Below the pieces are notes generated by a model. That model made no database searches. It was given only the letters and a program-made list of their open reading frames with translations, and was not told where the DNA came from. This document shows positions 1 to 6,879 of a stretch of DNA of 26,490 bases, one piece after another. Source of the stretch: Lysobacterales bacterium (lineage in GTDB: Bacteria; Pseudomonadota; Gammaproteobacteria; Xanthomonadales; SZUA-5); NCBI GenBank assembly GCA_022844165.1, contig JALHMH010000032.1:28064-54553 (forward strand). The letters are read 5' to 3'. The translations under genes were made by a program, and so were the position numbers. The number at the start of each line of letters is the position of its first letter. The stretch's first letter is position 1.

Positions 1-257
1 CTAAGATTGATCGAGTTGTCCAACGCATCGCCGTTGACTGTTACGGTGATGACATTGGCGCAATTCACGATCGCTGGTGTGACGATCGCATTGCCGTTGA
101 TGGCGACCTGACCTGTGGTGCAGCTCAGGCCCACCGTGGGTTCGTTGACTGCCGTGATGCTCAGCGCACCGGCGGTGAAATCGGTTGTGAATGCGGCATA
201 GGCTGGCGACGAGAGCGCCAGCAGCACGCCAATTGCAGCAAATCGTCGAATGTACAT
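1..257 (-). CDS. Secreted protein, N-terminal part only (runs off the left edge; not in the ORF track)
   Basis: Manual translation from ATG at 257: MYIRRFAAIGVLLALSSPAYA|AFTTDFTAGALSITAVNEPTVGLSCTTGQVAINGNAIVTPAIVNCANVITVTVNGDALDNSINL... This shows a Sec signal peptide ending in AYA and a beta-rich Thr/Val/Asn/Gly mature region. A GAGG RBS lies upstream and there is no stop before position 1. Confidence 0.85.
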   Translation of the reverse strand, partial: MYIRRFAAIGVLLALSSPAYAAFTTDFTAGALSITAVNEPTVGLSCTTGQVAINGNAIVTPAIVNCANVITVTVNGDALDNSINL

Positions 258-375
258 TGCGGATCCTCGCAGACCCCGGGATGGGAGCGCTGCGAACAAT
301 GGATCAGCGATGTTTGGTGCGTAACTGGCGTCGGCAGGTATCGCTCTGCCAACGCTGGTATGTGCCGACCACTAA

Positions 376-753
376 CTAAAGTGAGCTGTCGCCCAGATTC
401 CCGTTCGGTTCGATGCGAAAGTCCAGGCGCAATTTCGTCGACGGCGGTAGCGTCGCTGTGTCCTTTACGTCCGCGTCGTCGTCGAGCACCTGCACCATGT
501 AGGTCCCCTCGTCCAAGCCGTCGAATTGATATTCGCCGTTGGCATCGGTCTGCGTGGTACGCGCCTCAAGCAAGCAAGAACAGGTGAGGATCACCAAGGC
601 TTGCGCCACGGGTGCCCTGGTCTTGCGATCAATGACCTGTCCCGAAATCGAACTGGTCTGATTGGCGATCAATGAGGATGCGAATACCAGCAGGCACAAG
701 CCGACCATCGCGTTCCAGGAACGTCGGCTCGCACCCAATGCCCGAGTACCCAT
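376..753 (-). CDS. Secreted carboxypeptidase-regulatory-like (prealbumin-like beta-sandwich) domain protein
   Basis: A hydrophobic signal (VGLCLLVFASSLIA) precedes SISGQVID...APVAQALV...TQTDANGEYQFDGLDEGTYMVQV, the typical CarboxypepD_reg pattern. The start is uncertain: ATG at 753 is chosen; the ORF track extends to 831 and a later ATG is possible. Confidence 0.75.
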   Translation of the reverse strand: MGTRALGASRRSWNAMVGLCLLVFASSLIANQTSSISGQVIDRKTRAPVAQALVILTCSCLLEARTTQTDANGEYQFDGLDEGTYMVQVLDDDADVKDTATLPPSTKLRLDFRIEPNGNLGDSSL

Positions 754-835
754 GGCGAAGACTCCAGTTCGAGTTTGCTCAGCATAACGCAGGAAGATCT
801 TGATCTTGGACATCCAACTCGCGCACGCCAAGGCT

Positions 836-988
836 TCAGGCCATCAGCACAAACGTCTGCGAACCCGTCAGCACGAAGCCACCCGGCAAACGGTCGACAT
901 CGACGCTGCGCTTGAGGTGCCGAAGTAACGCAGGTGCGTACTGGACTTCATCGACGGCAGCACGAAGAATGCGAAGCCTCCGGTCCAC
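836..988 (-). pseudogene. Fragment of an AAA_14/DUF4143-type ATPase (Walker B region)
   Basis: The minus frame reads ...AVDEVQYAPALLRHLKRSVDVDRLPGGFVLTGSQTFVLMA*, matching the family pattern IDEVQxAPxL...LK..VD....PG.F.LTGS. It ends at TGA 836-838 where SESLAGR is expected, and there is no Walker A upstream. Confidence 0.7.
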
Positions 989-1124
989 CCGAATTCAGTG
1001 ATCCGCAAGCGCGTGCCTTGTTGGTATTCGTCGAGCTCACGAACAGAACACTAAACGAGCGGGCGCCGCAAGGTTGTCGTTGCCTTCGATGCATTTATCT
1101 CTGATCGGTGGTTCGAAGTGTCGG

Positions 1125-1868
1125 TCACGGCAGATCCGTAATCGACTTGTGGCCCAAGCGCGGTGGGGTGAGCGACGTGGCGGCCACCGTTTGACCAGGT
1201 CCGAGTGTGCGATCGAACATGGCATCCGATAGTTCGACGTTGAATTTGAGATCGACGATGGCGGCGCGGAAGGAACCGTCGGCGGCGCTGGTCCACGACG
1301 GGTGCAAAATGCCCCCGGCGCGCACCGTCCATGGGCCGCTCAATGTTCCGGCATTGTCGGCATGCGCCCCGAACGCGTAGGGTTCGCCGCGCGAATCGAG
1401 TTTGAACCACGCCAGCCTTTTGTCGTCTTCGACGACTTCCAAACGGCCGTCAACGGTGCGCACGCTCAGCGCGGCATCGCCTTCGGCAAGGCGGTGAATG
1501 GTGCGATACACATGCGCCGCATACCAGCGCTGATCTTCGGCCCAGGTCGCGTCCGAGATCGGTTCGACCTCACCGGTGCGGGTGATCCGCCAATGCGCGT
1601 CGCCGTTCGCCGCACGTGCGATCTTGAAGTCGTCGCCGAAAGTATCGATGCGATAACGCGGCGCGTCGAAATCGAGGTGAATCACTGCACGAACAACGTT
1701 CGGTTCGGCCAATCGATACTGCATCGCCTCATTGCGTGTATTTGTCGCCGCCGCCCACGCCTCGCGCCCGCCCACCGCGGCGAGCATACGTTCGAGATCG
1801 GCGCGGGCATCGGCACGAGCGTTCGAAGACGACAATAAACCGAATGCGATCAACCATGCGAATTTCAT
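1125..1868 (-). CDS. Secreted/periplasmic hypothetical protein
   Basis: 247-aa ORF with a signal peptide (MKFAWLIAFGLLSSSNARA), an 'MLAAVGGREAW' N-terminal helix and strongly GC3-biased codons. Confidence 0.75.
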   Translation of the reverse strand: MKFAWLIAFGLLSSSNARADARADLERMLAAVGGREAWAAATNTRNEAMQYRLAEPNVVRAVIHLDFDAPRYRIDTFGDDFKIARAANGDAHWRITRTGEVEPISDATWAEDQRWYAAHVYRTIHRLAEGDAALSVRTVDGRLEVVEDDKRLAWFKLDSRGEPYAFGAHADNAGTLSGPWTVRAGGILHPSWTSAADGSFRAAIVDLKFNVELSDAMFDRTLGPGQTVAATSLTPPRLGHKSITDLP

Positions 1869-2038
1869 TGGGTCAAGCCTGTAGGTTTGCGGATGGGGCG
1901 CGTTGCCACGATTAGCACCGCTGCGCTCCTCATCGTACCGAGACCAGGCCCTCGCGCTATCAAATTCTTGCTTGCGCGCGGTTTACATTCCGTCCGCGCG
2001 CCACTGCGGCGCCAGGGCGCGCCGAAGCGATGGCCACC

Positions 2039-2719
2039 TCAGGCGCGCTGCGCTCGCCGCACCTGATTGCCATAGCGCCGGTCCAGATACACACCTGCGG
2101 CGATTGCAACGGCGATCGGCGCGAACCACGGGAACAACTGCCAGACCGGGTCGAGCTGCCCAAAGACACCGCGCAGACCAACGCCCAGGAAAGCGACATG
2201 GGTGGCGATACCGTTACCCAACATCGCACCGTAGTGTTCAGTCAACCACCAGTTGCCGGCGCTGGGAATGTTGCGGCGCTTGCGCAGCATGCCGATGCCG
2301 GTGACCACTCCGATCCAACAAAAGCCCATCAGCAGTGGATTGTCGACCGCGACACCGATCGCGAATACGGTGAGTCCGGAGACGATGTTGAACCACGCGG
2401 TCCAGGCATAGCGCGTGTCGAAGAACGCACTGCGATCGCGCTTGCGTTGAATAGCCCGCCAACTGAGCCACACGGCGGTTCCTGTGATGACCACGAGATA
2501 GGCGAAAAACACGCCAAACACGGTGCGACCCTTGGCCAGAAACACCGCCGCAAGCGGCAGCGATGTGGCCAGGATGCCGAGCATCGCGAGCAGATAGATT
2601 TTGCCGACGGCTTTGTGCAGCGGGCTGCCTTTGCGCGCGATAGCGGCGGTCCAGAAGGTGGCCAGCGCGATCGCACCGGCGGCGATGTGCACGTAAACGA
2701 GGAGTTGATAGGCGCTCAT
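2039..2719 (-). CDS. Multi-pass membrane protein, DUF2306-like
   Basis: About 6 TM helices; motifs HIAAG, RKGSPLHKAVGKIY and WWLTEHYGAMLG...ATHVAF. It lies 4 nt downstream of the DUF2141 gene. Confidence 0.8.
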   Translation of the reverse strand: MSAYQLLVYVHIAAGAIALATFWTAAIARKGSPLHKAVGKIYLLAMLGILATSLPLAAVFLAKGRTVFGVFFAYLVVITGTAVWLSWRAIQRKRDRSAFFDTRYAWTAWFNIVSGLTVFAIGVAVDNPLLMGFCWIGVVTGIGMLRKRRNIPSAGNWWLTEHYGAMLGNGIATHVAFLGVGLRGVFGQLDPVWQLFPWFAPIAVAIAAGVYLDRRYGNQVRRAQRA

Positions 2720-2723
2720 GGCA

Positions 2724-3152
2724 TCACTTCAGATCGATTCGGATGGTACTGCCAGCCTCGCTGTGCTCCACCAGCGCATCGGCAAAGTCGGGTGGGCCAA
2801 AGGTGCCGCCACCGCGCGAGAAGCCGTAAGGTTCGCTGGGGATACCGAACATGCCGCGATCCAGTTTGCCGTTGCCGTTTTCATCCACGTACACGGCGAT
2901 CGCGTAGTTACCGGGCGCAAGATCGGCGATCTCGACCGCCTGCATGCGTTGCTCTGAAGCCATTGCACTCACACCGCGCTTGTTGGCGCCGACTGCCTTG
3001 CTCAACCAGTGTTCGGCGCGATCGAAAGCCGAGACGCGGACATCGCTGCCCGGTTTCAGCTTGCCGTGCACTTCAATGGTCATCGGTGCGGCGATTGCGC
3101 CGTGGGCAATCAGCGTTCCGAGCATGAGAGTTACCTTTCTGCGCTTGTCCAT
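2724..3152 (-). CDS. DUF2141 family secreted protein
   Basis: Signature PGNYAIAVYVDENGNGKLDRGMFGIPSEPYGFS. Start ATG at 3152 has an AGGAGG RBS upstream and is followed by a signal peptide. Confidence 0.88.
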   Translation of the reverse strand: MDKRRKVTLMLGTLIAHGAIAAPMTIEVHGKLKPGSDVRVSAFDRAEHWLSKAVGANKRGVSAMASEQRMQAVEIADLAPGNYAIAVYVDENGNGKLDRGMFGIPSEPYGFSRGGGTFGPPDFADALVEHSEAGSTIRIDLK

Positions 3153-3235
3153 CGATGCAGCCTCCTGTGTTTGGCAGTGAGGACAGGATCGCGAATGGCG
3201 CATTGCAGCCCAAGTGCGGATGCGCACCTCCGCTG

Positions 3236-3251
3236 GGTGAAAAAAGTCACC
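3236..3251. promoter_or_regulatory. Palindrome GGTGA-N6-TCACC (CRP/Clp-like spacing) in the divergent intergenic region
   Basis: The sequence ggtga aaaaag tcacc lies between the divergent DUF2141 and mbtH genes. Its function is not demonstrated. Confidence 0.3.
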
Positions 3252-3564
3252 TCATTGCGCCTGTTCAGATGCGCGGAGTAACGCTTGCGCGCGCAGTGCG
3301 CAAAGCCACAAGCGCTGGGCAGAGATGCTGCCGAGTCCGTTTTACCGTTGCTGTGTCCGGATGCGCCTGCCTGCTCTCAACCTTCCCGATCTTCCTGGCT
3401 CAATCACGAAACAGGCGGGCCAGGCCTTCTGCCGGATACTGCCGACACGAAGGCACCGGATTTTTGAGGCTGATATGCTCCAGCGGTGCGCAGCTTCGAG
3501 CGCCAGCAGCGGAGGCCTTGCTGAAGCGCTGCACAGCTATGACAGAGGATCGGGAGTAGAGCGA

Positions 3565-3756
3565 ATGCCGGAATTAGAGGACGACCGTTTGTACGTCGTA
3601 GTCGCCAACCACGAGGAGCAGTATTCGATCTGGCTCGCCGATCGCGACATGGCGCCGGGCTGGCTCGAAACCGGCTTTCGCGGTTCGCGGCAAGAGTGCC
3701 TGGACCACATCGCGAAGGTGTGGACAGACATGCGCCCACGCAGCAGCAGAGGATGA
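3565..3756 (+). CDS. mbtH: MbtH-like NRPS accessory protein (63 aa)
   Basis: NHEEQYSIW...PGW...CLDHIAKVWTDMRPRS matches the MbtH signature with its three Trp. ATG at 3565 has GGAG upstream; the ORF-track start at 3325 is overextended. Confidence 0.95.
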   Translation: MPELEDDRLYVVVANHEEQYSIWLADRDMAPGWLETGFRGSRQECLDHIAKVWTDMRPRSSRG

Positions 3757-4622
3757 CTGCCCGAAGGCGGCTGCGCGCGACCGAACTGGGTGCCTGCATT
3801 TCGGCGCGCAAGCACAGCGAAGTGTTTCGCGTCGGCGCAGATCGAGTGCTCAAACTGTTCCGCGGGCACGTGCGTGTCGACCTGGTCGAACGCGAGCTGC
3901 GAACGGCGATGCGCGTGCATGCCGCAGGTATCCCAACGCCGGCCGTCGATGCCGCAATCTTCGAAACCGATGGCGGACGTCACGGTCTGATGTTCGAATA
4001 CATTGAGGCGACGCCGCTCTCGAAGCTGTTTGAGCGCCATCCTCTGCATATCGCCCGATATGCTCGCCTGTTCGCCGACCTTCATCGGCGCGTTCACGAA
4101 TTCGAAGCCGTCGACGGACTACCGATGCAACGCATCGAGCTGCGCGACCGGATACTGCAAAGCGGCCGGATGAGCCTGGGGATTCGCCAACAGTTGCTGG
4201 CGCGACTTGACGCTTGCTCCGAGTCCCAGGCGCCACGTCTGTGCCATGGCAACTTTCACCCGAGCAACGTACTGGTCCATGGCGACCGTGCCTGGGTACT
4301 GAGTCTTGGAAACGCTTGCAATGGCGATCCGATCGCCGATGTCGCCAGAACGTCGACCATCCTGGCCTATGCGGATATCAAGTCCTCCGGCTTGGCTGGT
4401 TGGCTTTCCACACACTATAGCCGCTGGCGAAACCGTCTCTACCTCGCACGGTACCTGGACGGAGAACGAAAATTGCAATTACAATTCGATACGTGGTTGG
4501 TGATTCAGATGGCGCGTCGGCTGGAGGATGGTATCGCCAAGGCGGAAAGCGAAGCACTGGAAAAGAATATCCTGCGACGCCTCAGCGCTGGTTCGCAATC
4601 GTCGCCCTCCGGCGCTGCTTAG
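3753..4622 (+). CDS. APH/choline-kinase-fold phosphotransferase homologue, probably catalytically inactive
   Basis: ATGA overlap with the mbtH stop. VLKLF, AGIPTP, LCHGNFHPSNV and GDPIADVART are recognisable, but HGD is HGN and (I)IDW is VLSL. Confidence 0.85.
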   Translation: MTARRRLRATELGACISARKHSEVFRVGADRVLKLFRGHVRVDLVERELRTAMRVHAAGIPTPAVDAAIFETDGGRHGLMFEYIEATPLSKLFERHPLHIARYARLFADLHRRVHEFEAVDGLPMQRIELRDRILQSGRMSLGIRQQLLARLDACSESQAPRLCHGNFHPSNVLVHGDRAWVLSLGNACNGDPIADVARTSTILAYADIKSSGLAGWLSTHYSRWRNRLYLARYLDGERKLQLQFDTWLVIQMARRLEDGIAKAESEALEKNILRRLSAGSQSSPSGAA

Positions 4623-4680
4623 TTTCGTCGCCCTGCCTTTCGCCCGCAAACGACCACGGCCATTCCCATCAGGAGTACTC

Positions 4681-5448
4681 ATGACGGTCACGCAACCACA
4701 GCTCTGGTTCGCCGACGATGCGGCGCCGTTTCTGGGTCTTGAGCCTTTTTACTACGACACCAAAAATTTTCCGTGGGTGAAAAAGGTCGAAGCTGAGTGG
4801 CAGACCATCCGCGATGAACTGCTTGAGCATCTCGCCATCGACCAGGACAGCATGAAGCCGTACGTCAATCGCGAGATGACTTCGCGGCCAAACAGCTGGA
4901 AAACGCTGGGCTTGATGTTCTGGACCATACGTTCGGCAACGAATTGCGCGCTGTTTCCGCGCACCTGGGAAATACTCAAGGACATTCCCAACCTCACGGC
5001 AGTGTCGCTCAACGTGCTCGAACCGCATACGACGATCAAACCGCATGTCGGCAACACCAACGCCATCATCCGTTGCCATCTTGGGCTGGTTGTCCCCGAC
5101 CAGGCACCACGCTGTGCGTTTCGTGTTGGCTCGGAGACGCGTAGCTGGGATGAGGGCAAACTCTTGATGTTCTGCGATGCGCATCAGCACACCGCGTGGA
5201 ACAATACTGACCAAAAGCGCTACATCCTGGTACTCGACATCATGAGACCCGAGTTCGTGCGGCTCAAGAATTCGACCTCGAGTCGCGTCCTGGCATCCAT
5301 CTATCAAGAGGCAGCCTACCAACGGTTTGCGTGGCTAAAGCGGTATTTCGGGGGGCGCCGCGGTCAGGCGTTCACGTTGTCGTTGTTGCGCGCGTTTTAT
5401 CGACTTACGCTCTGGAGCCACCGCTCGTTTTCGGCAGCCAGCGGCTAA
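4681..5448 (+). CDS. Aspartyl/asparaginyl beta-hydroxylase (AspH/LpxO family) Fe(II)/2-oxoglutarate dioxygenase
   Basis: WQTIRDE, IKPHVG...RCHLGL, W.EGK...FCDAHQHTAWN and RYILVLD. ATG at 4681 follows an AGGAG RBS. Confidence 0.9.
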   Translation: MTVTQPQLWFADDAAPFLGLEPFYYDTKNFPWVKKVEAEWQTIRDELLEHLAIDQDSMKPYVNREMTSRPNSWKTLGLMFWTIRSATNCALFPRTWEILKDIPNLTAVSLNVLEPHTTIKPHVGNTNAIIRCHLGLVVPDQAPRCAFRVGSETRSWDEGKLLMFCDAHQHTAWNNTDQKRYILVLDIMRPEFVRLKNSTSSRVLASIYQEAAYQRFAWLKRYFGGRRGQAFTLSLLRAFYRLTLWSHRSFSAASG

Positions 5449-5604
5449 GGCCAGAACATCCATGGGGTGGCCGGTCATCCGCTTGAGTGATTTACGACAG
5501 GTTCGCGGCCGCGGTCAGCTCGAGGACAGTGGAAGTTGGCGGTCTCCGCGGCACGCCGCGCGCCGCCTCGAACGCCCCGCGAACACGCCATCGAGGAGAT
5601 CGAA

Positions 5605-6834
5605 ATGACCGCATCCAACGAACCTGGCCTCGATTCGCACCGACTCGACGAAATCGACCTGATCGATCCGACACTATTCCATAGTGACCGGCATTTCGAA
5701 CTATTCGCTCGACTCCGCAACGAAGATCCGGTGCACCTGCAACGCAATCACCCACGCGTTGGTTCGTTTTGGAATGTCACCCGCTATGAGGACATCCTGG
5801 CGGTCGATCTCGACCACGCCGGTTTTCCATCGCGCGACACTTTCCTGATAGATGATATCGATCCGAACTTTACGCTGCCCATGTTCCTGGCGATGGAGCC
5901 ACCGAAACACACGGCTTATCGCGACTCTGTTCGATCGTTCTTTTCGCCGGAAACGCTCGCCCATTTGGAACCGGTGATCCGCGCGCGGGCCAGTGCGATT
6001 CTGGATTCACTACCGCTGGATTGTGAGATCGATTGGGTCGAACGTGTCGCGATAGAGCTCACCTCGCAAGTGCTTGCAGTGATCTTCGATTTCCCGATGG
6101 AGCGGCGCCGCCAACTCATCGACTGGTCGGACCTGGCGACGCTGGATCCACACGGCCGCGCGTTGAGCTGGCAGGAGCGCCAGTCGGGGTTGATGGATTG
6201 CCTGCGGTCGTTTACGGCACTCAAGTCCGCTCGTAGTGCGGGGCATCATGGCAACGATCTTTTGTCAACGCTGACGCATGGTCCTGCGGCGCGTTTCCTC
6301 AAACCGAGCGAGTTTCTCGGCAATATTCTGATGCTGATCGTCGCTGGCAACGACACCACACGCAATTCCATCACCGGCGGCGTCATTGCGCTGAACCGCT
6401 ATCCCGAACAATATGCGCGGCTGCGTGCCGATCCCGCGCTCCTGCCAGGGGCGGTATCGGAGATTTTTCGCTGGCAAACGCCCATCGCCTACATGCGCCG
6501 CGTTGCTGCTATCGACGCCCAGTTATGCGGAAAGTCGATCCGTGCGGGAGACAAAGTCGTGATTTGGTACGCATCAGGCAATCAGGACGAACGCGTTTTC
6601 GAGCAACCCGAGGCCTTTCGGCTCGATCGCAAGAATTCGCGCAAGTCGCTTTCGTTCGGATTTGGAATTCATCGCTGCTTAGGTGTACGGCTTGCCGACA
6701 TGCAACTTCGCATCTTGTGGGAAGAGATCCTGCGACGCTTTATCGTTGAACAGAGCGGTTCCGCAGTGCCGGTAGCTTCCATCTTCGTGAAGGGCTATTC
6801 GTCTTTGCCTGTGGTGCTGCGCAAGCTGTCTTAG
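5605..6834 (+). CDS. Cytochrome P450, CYP153-like
   Basis: I-helix EFLGNILMLIVAGNDTTRNS, ExxR (SEIFRWQTP) and heme loop FGFGIHRCLG..LA.MQLRILWEE with Cys at 6676-6678. ATG at 5605 follows GAGGAG. Confidence 0.93.
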   Translation: MTASNEPGLDSHRLDEIDLIDPTLFHSDRHFELFARLRNEDPVHLQRNHPRVGSFWNVTRYEDILAVDLDHAGFPSRDTFLIDDIDPNFTLPMFLAMEPPKHTAYRDSVRSFFSPETLAHLEPVIRARASAILDSLPLDCEIDWVERVAIELTSQVLAVIFDFPMERRRQLIDWSDLATLDPHGRALSWQERQSGLMDCLRSFTALKSARSAGHHGNDLLSTLTHGPAARFLKPSEFLGNILMLIVAGNDTTRNSITGGVIALNRYPEQYARLRADPALLPGAVSEIFRWQTPIAYMRRVAAIDAQLCGKSIRAGDKVVIWYASGNQDERVFEQPEAFRLDRKNSRKSLSFGFGIHRCLGVRLADMQLRILWEEILRRFIVEQSGSAVPVASIFVKGYSSLPVVLRKLS

Positions 6835-6879
6835 CCCGGACGACGCAAGAGATAGCGCCGCATCTGCGCATCTGCTCGC

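Noticed and set aside
443-453. GGCGGTAGCGT, an ops/JUMPstart-like sequence
   Set aside because: It lies antisense within a CDS (encoding TLPP), 3 kb from the cluster and not in a leader, so it is probably chance. The GGCGGTAC near 10516 does not match the consensus.
2030-3127. 365-aa plus-strand ORF
   Set aside because: Antisense shadow of the well-supported DUF2141 and DUF2306 genes, with no recognisable motifs.
3325-3564. N-terminal extension of MbtH (143-aa ORF)
   Set aside because: The extension has no protein-like motif, and ATG at 3565 has an RBS and gives a normal-sized MbtH. The extended starts at 3696, 4528, 5536 and 20860 were rejected likewise.
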